This document shows positions 19,696 to 28,173 of a DNA stretch of 59,409 nucleotides, in pieces. The stretch lies in the NCBI GenBank assembly GCA_964432205.1, contig CAYSMK010000032.1, positions 1 through 59,409 of the forward strand, written 5' to 3'. Every line of letters begins with the position of its first letter. Position 1 is the stretch's first letter. The notes under the pieces are model-generated. The model was given only the letters and a program-made list of their open reading frames with translations, ran no database searches and was not told the DNA's origin. The position numbers were made by a program, and so were the translations under genes. Source of the DNA: an uncultured Geobacter sp. GTDB taxonomy: Bacteria > Desulfobacterota > Desulfuromonadia > Geobacterales > DSM-12255.

Positions 19696-20082
19696 GAGAA
19701 GTCTAAGAATAATTTCGGCAGCAGGTGAGAAGGGACTTCGTCTTATGGACCAAGTCCTTTTTTCTGCCTGGAAGGCTCTCCCCAATCGCTCCAGCCTGTC
19801 CATTGAGAGGATGGTCACCGTCAAGTTATCGTCGTTTCTCGTGGGCCTTCCTGCCGTGGACCCGCTCATAGGCCTTGCAGAAGGGACAAATGTCTCTCTC
19901 CACATTCCGCACAAAGTTATACACGACTCCCTGCTGGTGGTAACGTGCATGGAGACAAACCGGGCACAGGACACAGTTCGCACACCTTTGCCAGTGCCCG
20001 ATCCAGGGATGTGCTGTCAGTCTTGCTCATGCTTGGCTCCTTTACCCGATGGGAAATGCCCTGTCAGGGGATGTACGGCCAC

Positions 20083-20688
20083 TTATTCGAACCCCGCTAC
20101 CTGCGACTGATAGATAGTGACCTGCACGAAGCGAACGGCAAAGTCATTCCTGCATTTGTTGCAGGTCTGGAAGAACGGTTTACCGTTTCGCCCCTTTTCG
20201 ACGGGGATTTCGTGCGTCTGGTTGCAGTAGGGGCATTCGGCGACGACAAGCGTTTGTGCTGCCGGTTTCCCGGCAGGCTTCCTGATGACTTTCGACTTTA
20301 CAGGAGGTATTGCTCTCGGCTCAACGCCGGGCACTGTCTGTGTAGCCTCGACGGGGGTTCTTTCCGGCATGTCAGGTACCTTTTTCTCTTTCCTCACCTG
20401 TTTTTTTCCATTGACTGCGGAGGTGGCCGAAGTTCCGGCTTCAACCGGAGCGGGAGCATCAACCGGAGGCGTATCACCCCGCAGCATCTTCTTCCAGATA
20501 GCCGGCAACGATGACCGGGAGTAGCGGAGGGGCTTGCCCGCCTTCGTCAGGGCAGCACCGCTCTCCACTATGTAAAACCTTTCCCGGTAGTTAACCAGGA
20601 TTTGATTGCCAAACCGGGCGACTTTGGTGCCGGCAGAACTCTTGTTGTCCAGCCAGAAGGTGACGATTTCAGCCATGGGTTCTCTCAT
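20083..20688 (-). CDS. hypothetical protein with Pro-rich linker and C-terminal MJ0042-type zinc ribbon
   Basis: CPYCNQTHEIP...CNKCRNDF (CxxC...CxxC). Low-complexity Pro/Ala/Val linker. No defined family. Confidence 0.45.
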   Translation of the reverse strand: MREPMAEIVTFWLDNKSSAGTKVARFGNQILVNYRERFYIVESGAALTKAGKPLRYSRSSLPAIWKKMLRGDTPPVDAPAPVEAGTSATSAVNGKKQVRKEKKVPDMPERTPVEATQTVPGVEPRAIPPVKSKVIRKPAGKPAAQTLVVAECPYCNQTHEIPVEKGRNGKPFFQTCNKCRNDFAVRFVQVTIYQSQVAGFE

Positions 20689-20722
20689 TCACACGAGGGG
20701 TATGCTCGAAGATTGCGCTGTA

Positions 20723-20995
20723 CTACCGCTTAGTTGAACGTCCTTCTGTCCGTAACGGCTCAAATAGATATTCCAGCCCGTTGACCTTGATCTCATAGAC
20801 CGTCTGCAACATCCTCCCCAGCTTCCCCTCCGGGAATCCATTCCTGGCAAACCAGACAACGTACGGTTCCGGCAGATCGATCAACAACTGTCCCTGATAC
20901 CTGCCGAACGGCATCCGCATTGCTGCCAGCTCCAGGAATTCGTCAGGATCAGCAGTCGCCTCACTGCATGGTTTCAACAGATCTTGATTCATCAT
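20723..20995 (-). CDS. DUF3820-family small protein
   Basis: MPFGRYQGQLLIDLPEPYVVWFARNGFPEGKLGRMLQTVYEIKVNGL matches the DUF3820 pattern (MPFGKYKG..LIDLPE.YL.WF...GFP.G.LG). Confidence 0.55.
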   Translation of the reverse strand: MMNQDLLKPCSEATADPDEFLELAAMRMPFGRYQGQLLIDLPEPYVVWFARNGFPEGKLGRMLQTVYEIKVNGLEYLFEPLRTEGRSTKR

Positions 20996-21118
20996 GGTGG
21001 GATTTTATACCATGTGCGGCCGATTTACCCTATAGCTTTCGCCTGACATCTCCCTCCTTCGACTTGTTCCGGATATCAGGCGACGAGGAGAACAGGTTCT
21101 CCGGTTAGACAGCCGGTT

Positions 21119-21364
21119 TTGAAGCGGTTGGACGCCTGCCTTCTCGGCCTGACAGACGGCTTGCCGTCAGGAGTAAAAAAGCTCAAGAACAGCGACGGGC
21201 TGTACCGGGTCCGAGTGAGCGATTTTCGCATTATCTCCCGCATCGAGCAGGAATTCTATGGCCTTATCTCAACGACCGTACCATTCGGCGCTATCTTGGC
21301 AATTTCCTCTATTTCTTCGTCTGTTACGGCAATACACCCTTTCGTCCAGTCAGCCTCTGTGTGA
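21119..21364 (+). pseudogene. RelE/ParE-family toxin remnant
   Basis: KKLKNSDGLYRVRVSDFRIISRIEQE matches the RelE/ParE core (K.L..g...lyRvRvGdyRiiY.i.de). The expected C-terminal HR(K/R)xxY is absent. No antitoxin ORF upstream. The 3' part overlaps the L,D-transpeptidase gene. Confidence 0.3.
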
Positions 21365-22206
21365 AAGTCACCAACCCACGAGAAACCATTCTTGATTCCG
21401 TGGATCATGATGTTTCCGCCCGGAGAAACACCCAGTTCTTTTGCCCGCCTCTTGTCTCTCTCGTTTGGATAGGAAATATGAAGTGACAGGTGATACTGGC
21501 TGTCCTTGTTTCTTGAATCGATGAAGTAGGTTCCCTCCGGGGTTTTGTTATCGCCTTGCCTTTCCTTGGGACCATCAGGGTTTCCCCCCAAGGCTATCTT
21601 GTAGGTCTTGAGCACCTCACCCTTTGAGATCAACATCAAGCGTCGTGCATTTTTTTCTATCAGAATCTTATCTATTGATCCTATCTGGATTGCATAGGCA
21701 AAAACCTTTTTATCGAGCGCTTCAATCTGTTTTTGCAGTGTAGTGATTTCATTCTCCTTGCCTTTAACATCTTGCCGGAGAGCCTCAATTTGTGCTTGCT
21801 GCGTAGTAATCAACTTATCCTTGATGGTGACGTTATTGATGTAAAATATCATCATCTCACTGTTCTGCCGGTACCCGCTATCTGGATAATCCTTTACGAG
21901 TTTTTGAAAACATTCCAGTGATTTCTGATAATCTTTTTGCTCGTTCTTCGGATACGCATAAATAATACCCATCTCAAAAAGAACCCTGTCCGTGGTCGTG
22001 GGATATTTTTCTATAATCTGCTCATACATGTTCAAAGAGGCCTTATAGCTTCCCTGACTAAAAAGAGCATTCGCTTCTTCGAAGGTGGACTTGGCCTGAT
22101 ATACTTCATTGAAGTGGCTGCATCCACATAGTAACATTGGTGTTATCATGATGCAGATACAGAAAAAGTACCGGTGCACACCCATCCTGCTTCGTTTCTT
22201 ACCCAT
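21256..22206 (-). CDS. L,D-transpeptidase (YkuD domain) lipoprotein with TPR-like and coiled-coil N-terminal region
   Basis: Lipobox LLCGC. YkuD catalytic region ...HISYPNERD...GNIMIHG...TKGCIAV (His/Cys dyad). Low GC. Confidence 0.8.
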   Translation of the reverse strand: MGKKRSRMGVHRYFFCICIMITPMLLCGCSHFNEVYQAKSTFEEANALFSQGSYKASLNMYEQIIEKYPTTTDRVLFEMGIIYAYPKNEQKDYQKSLECFQKLVKDYPDSGYRQNSEMMIFYINNVTIKDKLITTQQAQIEALRQDVKGKENEITTLQKQIEALDKKVFAYAIQIGSIDKILIEKNARRLMLISKGEVLKTYKIALGGNPDGPKERQGDNKTPEGTYFIDSRNKDSQYHLSLHISYPNERDKRRAKELGVSPGGNIMIHGIKNGFSWVGDFHTEADWTKGCIAVTDEEIEEIAKIAPNGTVVEIRP

Positions 22207-22446
22207 ATATGCCGAAAACGGTCTGAATCTGTTAGACCGTACCATTTGAAAGATTTTCAGTTCCCTCATCCTCACTCCTTGGCAGAAGCATCAGGAATAC
22301 AGCCTGATATCCTGGCTTAACAGGTCAATTGCGTGCATGGTCCTGACAGAGTCAACTGATGCATAATGAAATGGCAGGGTTCTGAGACCCTGCCATTTCA
22401 TTATCCGGAACACTAAAGGTAAAGTTGACAGCTCCCTGAAATCGAC

Positions 22447-22746
22447 TTACTTCTTCATCGATTTCTGGAAAACGGCCTCGGCCTTCTTCGCCTTTTCATC
22501 TGCGATCCTTTCCCTCTCCTCTGCCAGCTTTACAGCATTTTCGGCGCGGGCTGATGTTTCATCTGCCTTTACCTTTGCCGCATCGGCCGAAGCCTTGGCG
22601 GCTTGCGCATCCTGCAGTGCCTGCTCAGCTTTCGCATTAATCAGATTTTGCTGCGCCTGCACTTTCTCGAGGTCACCGGATGTTGCACAACCAATCATAG
22701 TAGCGAGGACAAGCATCATTGAGATCACCAAAAGACTTTTCTTCAT
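22447..22746 (-). CDS. Lpp-like alanine-zipper lipoprotein with C-terminal Lys-Lys
   Basis: Signal plus lipobox (ATMIGC). Mature part is an Ala/Gln/Lys heptad coiled coil (AQQNLINAKAEQALQDAQAAKASADAAKVKADE...). Ends ...QKSMKK. About 75 mature residues. Confidence 0.65.
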   Translation of the reverse strand: MKKSLLVISMMLVLATMIGCATSGDLEKVQAQQNLINAKAEQALQDAQAAKASADAAKVKADETSARAENAVKLAEERERIADEKAKKAEAVFQKSMKK

Positions 22747-22827
22747 CTCACATCACCTCCTTTCTGTTCAATTTGCCTTCGTAACGTTCACCACATCTCC
22801 CCAAAACATGGGAAAAAGCAGGATCGA

Positions 22828-24096
22828 CTATCCCTTCTTCACAGGTTCAATCAATATACCGTCTATTTCCAAATCAATTTTCAAGCGTTTGGCTGCATCT
22901 TTGGCCTCACTGATATCATTGAACGGGCCAGCAATAACACGGTGGTTATCGCTCTTTGACAATACCCTTGCCGGGATTTGTGGGCCCTGATGGTTGATAA
23001 TGGCGGCAATCCTCAGAGCCTCAATTTTGTCTCGCAGATCAGCAGCCAAAACATACCATGCCTCCAGTTTCAGTTCCGGTAGTTCCGGTCTGCCATACAA
23101 TGTGTCCGGGTGCTCTACTTCTATGGTTTTCGCAGCCTCTTTTTCACTTCCTTGACTCATCTCGAAGATGGGAACAGGAATGCCTCGGCCCTCGGCCTGT
23201 ACTTCCTTGACTTTTTTCCAGTCAAGCGTGCGTACCAACTTCTTCTCAAAATTTCTCAATTTCGCATATATCTTCTCCAGTTCAATGGCGCCAGAGTCCT
23301 CCAGAGGCGTATGGGCTTCCATGTAAAGTACTCCATCACGTTGGCCTATGAGATATGGCTGATTGACAATGAGTACAGAGGTATTAACCGGAGTGTCGTT
23401 GAAGAGCATCTCCACGTTTTCCGGATAGAGTCTCAAGCAGCCATTGGATGCATTAAGACCAATGCTGGCCGGTTTATTGGTGCCGTGGATCAAATAACCC
23501 GATTTGCTTAAATAGAGCGCATATTCTCCCAAGGGATTTTGAGGTCCCGGCGGGACTTCTGCAGGCAAGAGATCTCCTTTTTTTCGATGGTCCTCAGCAA
23601 TTGAAGCAGGCACATGCCAGGTCGGCCGGGTTGCCTTGCGCGCCACACGCATTTGGCCCGTGGGGGTGGGCCGTTCTTTGGTCCCGACGCCGACCGGGTA
23701 GGTCGACACCACCAGTGACTTCTTATCCTCCTTGAATTGAAAGAGCCTCTTGGTTGCCAGGTTGACCACAATGCCTTTCCGAGGAGCGTCCGGCAGGATA
23801 AAATTCAGAGGCAGTATGATGCGCTCTCCGGCCTCAGGCACCCATACATCTGTCCCTGGATTGGCTGTACTGATCTCATTGATCCCCAACCCGAAGTGTC
23901 GTGCGATGTCCGGTAGCGTATCCCCCTTTTCCAGCCTGATGACTGCCAACTTGCCAATGACGTCATCTCCTTTTGCAACTGAAAACGTAGTTCGTTCGAT
24001 ATCCTTTTCAAGATGGCTCGGAAGAAGCCATGCGTTCTCCTGAGCCCTCTTCATGGCACATCCATTGAGAGCTACGATGAATACACATAGAGCCAT
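22828..24096 (-). CDS. LysM + L,D-transpeptidase (YkuD) + C-terminal SPOR-like domain lipoprotein
   Basis: Lipobox ALNGC. LysM (GDTLPDIARHFGLGINEI). YkuD (LIHGTN...SNGCLRL). C-terminal SPOR-like (RVIAGPFNDISEAKDAAKRLK). Confidence 0.8.
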   Translation of the reverse strand: MALCVFIVALNGCAMKRAQENAWLLPSHLEKDIERTTFSVAKGDDVIGKLAVIRLEKGDTLPDIARHFGLGINEISTANPGTDVWVPEAGERIILPLNFILPDAPRKGIVVNLATKRLFQFKEDKKSLVVSTYPVGVGTKERPTPTGQMRVARKATRPTWHVPASIAEDHRKKGDLLPAEVPPGPQNPLGEYALYLSKSGYLIHGTNKPASIGLNASNGCLRLYPENVEMLFNDTPVNTSVLIVNQPYLIGQRDGVLYMEAHTPLEDSGAIELEKIYAKLRNFEKKLVRTLDWKKVKEVQAEGRGIPVPIFEMSQGSEKEAAKTIEVEHPDTLYGRPELPELKLEAWYVLAADLRDKIEALRIAAIINHQGPQIPARVLSKSDNHRVIAGPFNDISEAKDAAKRLKIDLEIDGILIEPVKKG

Positions 24097-24302
24097 AAGA
24101 CGAAGCCAATTGGATAACAGTGACAGTTCAACGATTCGGCACATGGGTTTAATAGGTACCTTTCTCAACTATGAAATACCCCGGGCATCAGTTTCTCTAC
24201 GTCATCAAGACAACCAACTTGCTGTCAAACAATGTTCACCCTTGCGACGCTTTGTTGACTGCAACTTCTCCTTGAGATGGTTCCCCGCAATTGGTGTCCG
24301 GA

Positions 24303-24414
24303 CACAAAAAAGCCGGGGCCGAAGATAAGGTGACATTTCGGCAACCCGGCTGTCTCAGTGAGACCCTATAGGCTTTCCGCCCCACCCTCGCGGATGGTTG
24401 AGTATTATCGTTTA
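24303..24414 (-). ncRNA. structured RNA element copy 1 (ends in an intrinsic terminator). Candidate sRNA or cis-leader upstream of the LysM-LDT gene.
   Basis: Minus-strand reading: GNRA-capped hairpin CCAUCC-GCGA-GGGUGG, hairpin GUCUC-ACU-GAGAC, then GC-rich two-tier hairpin AGCCGGG...CCCGGCU followed by UUUUUUG at the 3' end (about 24303). Confidence 0.45.
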
Positions 24415-24520
24415 CCACCAACCGTTTTAATGCCGTTTCCCGTCACCGACGCGAACCGACATACTACGGCGCCCCGTAAAGGCGCACCTCTTGCTGACTC
24501 GAGCTCCTCTTATGTTTTGA

Positions 24521-24632
24521 CAACAAAAAAGCCGGGGCCTAATATCGCGTGATATTTCGGCAACCCGGCTGTCTCAGTAAGACCCGTAGGCTTTCCGCCC
24601 CATTCTCGCGAATGGTTAAGTATTATCGTCTA
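24521..24632 (-). ncRNA. structured RNA element copy 2 (about 85% identical to copy 1) with candidate sigma-70 promoter
   Basis: Same three hairpins with compensatory changes (CCAUUC-GCGA-GAAUGG versus CCAUCC-GCGA-GGGUGG in copy 1). Terminator hairpin plus U6. On the minus strand just upstream, TTGACA-N16-TAGGAT (about 24652-24680). Confidence 0.5.
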
Positions 24633-25258
24633 TCTCTCAAAAATTTTTTCGCATCCTACAATTCTATAAGGATTTGTCAACATATTTCTAACGTCGAGTT
24701 AAGGAACCAGCGGATTCGGGCAATGCCCTGCACACTGCAACCACAACGTTTTCGCGATGTTGGCAAGACCGCTCATTGCCATGACTGAAGACTACATGGG
24801 GCAGCAAGGGGGCGTTGTTCCCTTGATCCGGAGCTGTTACCGAGCATGACAATGTATCTCCCGCCAACGCCGGGAACCTGGCCGGCAGGTTGACAACATG
24901 GCAGGATAAGGCGTATAGTAAAAATGTGGAAAGAGTAAAGGCTTTCCATCCTGAGGCTCTGGAAAAACGGATTAAAACCCGAAAAATCTAGAGCCTTTCG
25001 TTTTGCCCGCAGATGGAGAAGAGGGTCGAATCTCAGTCCCGTGAGGCATCAACAACGAGGGTAACTGCCTCTCATGTTCGATCCGGACTCACGTTGATAA
25101 TTCCCACCATATTCCGCGGCAGCCGCAAGGATAGCCACTGTTCGGTTGCCCGCCTGCCCCCCCCGGCTGAGAAGCCGGCCACGGGATTTTTTGTTGTCCG
25201 GGTGCCGTATTGCTGTTACCTTACACCCAAGAAAGCAGGTTGAAGCTCGAGAGAGGAT

Positions 25259-25720
25259 GTGCCGGTGAGCAATTCCTTACATCTCGTCATATTCTCGCTG
25301 GACGAACAGAGCTATGCGCTGCATCTGTCCGCAGTTGAGCGCACAGTTCGCATGGTGGCGATCACCCCGCTGCCGAAAGCACCCGAGGTGGTCTTAGGAG
25401 TAATAACCGTGCAGGGGCGGATCGTGCCCGTCCTGAACATGCGCCAGCGGTTCCGCCTGCCATCCCGCGAAGGACGGCTCTCCGACCATATCCTCATCGC
25501 CCGCACCAAGCACCGCACCGTTGCCTTTATTGCAGATGCCGTCAACGAAGTGACCGAGATTGCGGAGCAGGAAATCGTCGAGCCATCGACGATTCACCCT
25601 GGCCTGGAACATGTGACCGGGGTGACGAGGCTCAATGACGGTATAATCTTCATCCACGATCTGGACGGTTTCCTCTCCCGGGACGAGGAAATTGCCCTCG
25701 ATGCAGCCGTCGCCCCATGA
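25259..25720 (+). CDS. cheW: CheW-like coupling protein
   Basis: Single CheW domain (LVIFSLDEQSYALHLSAVERTVRMV...VLGVITVQGRIVPVLNM). Confidence 0.85.
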   Translation: MPVSNSLHLVIFSLDEQSYALHLSAVERTVRMVAITPLPKAPEVVLGVITVQGRIVPVLNMRQRFRLPSREGRLSDHILIARTKHRTVAFIADAVNEVTEIAEQEIVEPSTIHPGLEHVTGVTRLNDGIIFIHDLDGFLSRDEEIALDAAVAP

Positions 25721-27228
25721 GATCTCACCTGTCGGAACAGTTGCTGGCAGGGCTCAGCGAGTTCGTAACCTCTCGTTTCGGCCTCCATTTCCCGCCCAAG
25801 CGCTGGCGGGATCTGGAGCGGCGCATCGGGCCGGCAGCCCGCGACTTCGGCTTCAAGGACGTGGCAGACTGTGTCGCGTGGCTCATCACGACAACACCCA
25901 CGCCGGAACAGACCGAAATACTGGCGCGTCAGTTAACGATCGGCGAAACATACTTCTTCCGCGAGCAGAAGAGCTTCGAGGCCCTGGAAAGAACCATACT
26001 CCCCGAATTGATCGGGGCACGACGAGGTAAGGACCAGCGGCTGCGGATCTGGAGCGCCGGCTGCTCAACCGGTGAAGAGCCGTATTCACTGGCCATCCTC
26101 CTCAGCCGGCTCATCCCCGACCTGAACGGGTGGAACGTTACGATCCTGGCCACGGACCTCAATGCCCAGGCCGTTGCCAGGGCGAGGCGGGGGATATACA
26201 GGGACTGGTCCTTCCGTGGCACCGCTGCCTGGCTGAAGGAGAAGTACTTCTCCCGAACCGGGGACGGCGGCTTCGAGATACACGCCGCCATCAGGAACAT
26301 GGTCACCTTTGCCTGCCTCAATCTGGCGGAAGATAGCTATCCGTCATTGTCAAACAACACCAACGCCATAGATGTCATCTTCTGCCGCAACGTCCTGATG
26401 TATTTCGAAGCCGAGCAGGCCCGGCAGGTCATCGGCAGCTTCCGCCGGGCACTCCTGGCCGGCGGCTGGCTGGTGGTGAGCCCCTGTGAAACGTCAGCCG
26501 ATTTTACGGGGTTCGCGACGGTTCCCTTTCCGGAAGCACTGTTGTACCGGAAAGTCGGCGATGGGTGGACTGTGCCGGCTATGCCGTTTCCTGAGGCGGC
26601 CGGCGAGGCGGTGATCATTCCGCCCCACCTGCCGGAGCAGGTTTGGGCACCACCGTCAGGTCTCTCCCCGTTGCCGTCGCCGCCACCGGCAGAGGAAACG
26701 GCATCGACTTCGGACCTGGACGAGGCCGAGGCGCTCTACCGTGAGGGGCGTTACGCGGAGACGGCAGATACGCTGGCAGCGTTCGTGGCGATGGGGTTGC
26801 CGGAAGGCAGACTGTTATGTTCATACGGCAAAGCGGCCGCCCTGCTGGCCCGCACCTTTGCCAATCTGGGGAGGCTCAGTGATGCGCTTCTCTGGTCGGA
26901 AAAGGCGATTGCCGCGGCCAAGCTCGACCCGGGGCTCCATTATCTGCGGGCCACGATCTTCCAGGAGTTGGGGGAGCCTGAAAAGTCAATTGTCTCCCTG
27001 AGGCGTGCCATCTACCTGGACCATGGTTTTGCGCTTGCCCATTTCGCTCTGGGGAACCTTACGCTCAAACTGGGGAAGAGCCGGGAGGCGGACCGGCACT
27101 TCGGCAACGCCCTGGAACTGCTTCGGACACATCCGGCCGGGGAGCCCCTGGACGGTGCAGAGGGGATCACGGTCGCACGGCTGACCGAGATTGTCACCAC
27201 CTTGCGGGAGAGCACCGGCGTACGGTGA
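25717..27228 (+). CDS. cheR: CheR methyltransferase fused to C-terminal TPR repeats
   Basis: CheR N-terminal helical domain plus SAM-MTase (RIWSAGCSTGEEPYSLAILL, VIFCRNVLMYF). C-terminal TPR-like repeats. Confidence 0.9.
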   Translation: MRSHLSEQLLAGLSEFVTSRFGLHFPPKRWRDLERRIGPAARDFGFKDVADCVAWLITTTPTPEQTEILARQLTIGETYFFREQKSFEALERTILPELIGARRGKDQRLRIWSAGCSTGEEPYSLAILLSRLIPDLNGWNVTILATDLNAQAVARARRGIYRDWSFRGTAAWLKEKYFSRTGDGGFEIHAAIRNMVTFACLNLAEDSYPSLSNNTNAIDVIFCRNVLMYFEAEQARQVIGSFRRALLAGGWLVVSPCETSADFTGFATVPFPEALLYRKVGDGWTVPAMPFPEAAGEAVIIPPHLPEQVWAPPSGLSPLPSPPPAEETASTSDLDEAEALYREGRYAETADTLAAFVAMGLPEGRLLCSYGKAAALLARTFANLGRLSDALLWSEKAIAAAKLDPGLHYLRATIFQELGEPEKSIVSLRRAIYLDHGFALAHFALGNLTLKLGKSREADRHFGNALELLRTHPAGEPLDGAEGITVARLTEIVTTLRESTGVR

Positions 27229-27239
27229 CCGTTTAAACC

Positions 27240-27430
27240 CAAAAACGGCAGTTGAACGGGTCCAAAGAGAGCGACTTTCCCCGAAGCGTTGTGGCTCTAG
27301 GCGAAATGGAGCGTAAAGCAGCCGGATTGTCTGAACCCGCAGGGTGAGTTTCCGGCTGTAGCGAAATGAACCGTAGAGCCACAGCTGAAGGGGAATCGGA
27401 GCGATCGTGGGCTCCTTCAACTGCCGCATA
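27240..27430 (+). promoter_or_regulatory. structured intergenic leader with two homologous sub-motifs, enclosed by a 10-bp inverted repeat (candidate riboswitch-like or processing element)
   Basis: GGCAGTTGAA (27248-27257) pairs with TTCAACTGCC (27417-27426). Inside are two related modules: TAGGCGAAATGGAGCGTAAAGCAGCC and TAGCGAAATGAACCGTAGAGCCACAGC. The segment GCGUAAAGC-AGCCGG...CCGGCU loosely resembles the ACGCAAAGC-CUCCGG junction of GEMM-I. Confidence 0.3.
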
Positions 27431-27453
27431 TAGGTAAAAGGAGCTGCTGAGCC

Positions 27454-28080
27454 ATGGAAGCACACCCAAAGGATCGCGCTGCAGGAGAGAAAAAAGGGAT
27501 CGACTGGGACGATCTGCACCGTCGCCTCGCAGCAGCCCGCCAGAACATCAATCGGGAGATGACCCCGGCGGAGCGAAAAGAGACCCTGAAGGCGCGGGCC
27601 AAAACACTGGCCGGCGAGTCGGTCGAAGGGGAGTCGGTTACGGAGCAGTTGGAGGTGCTGGAGTTCCGCCTTGCCTACGAGACCTACGGCATCGAGATGA
27701 CCCACGTTCAAGAAACCGCTCCATTGAAGGAATTGACGCCGGTCCCCGGCACCCCGGCCTTCGTGCTCGGCCTGATCAACCTCCGCGGCCGGATTCTGTC
27801 CGTCATCGACATAAAGAAGTTCTTCGACCTGCCGGAAAAGGGACTTACCGACCTGAACAAGATCATCGTCCTTCATGGTGAAGGCATGGAGTTCGGCCTC
27901 CTGGCGGACGAGATCCTCGGGGTGCGGTCGATTTCCAGGGATGAGATGTACCCCTCCCTCCCCACCCTGACCGGAGTCCGGGAGGAGTACCTGCTGGGGG
28001 TCACCGGCGAGCGGACAGTGCTCCTGGACGGGCACAAGCTTTTGAACGACGAACACCTTGTCGTTAACAACGAAGAGTAA
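27454..28080 (+). CDS. cheW: CheW-like coupling protein
   Basis: CheW domain (FRLAYETYGIEMTHVQE...VLGLINLRGRILSVIDI). Confidence 0.9.
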   Translation: MEAHPKDRAAGEKKGIDWDDLHRRLAAARQNINREMTPAERKETLKARAKTLAGESVEGESVTEQLEVLEFRLAYETYGIEMTHVQETAPLKELTPVPGTPAFVLGLINLRGRILSVIDIKKFFDLPEKGLTDLNKIIVLHGEGMEFGLLADEILGVRSISRDEMYPSLPTLTGVREEYLLGVTGERTVLLDGHKLLNDEHLVVNNEE

Positions 28081-28173
28081 CCCACCTGCGTTCCTCCCCT
28101 TATGACAAGAGGGGGTCAGGGGAATTATGAATGACCTATAGCGGCACATCAGGTGCCGACGAGCTGTTAGTCC

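Noticed and set aside
19192-20110. Possible in-frame continuation of the zinc-ribbon gene (20083-20688) into the 19192-19983 ORF, as a second stop-codon read-through candidate
   Set aside because: The two ORFs are in the same frame, but translation of the gap reveals an additional in-frame TGA at 20017-20019. The downstream ORF starts with GTG and runs antisense into gltD. Judged spurious.
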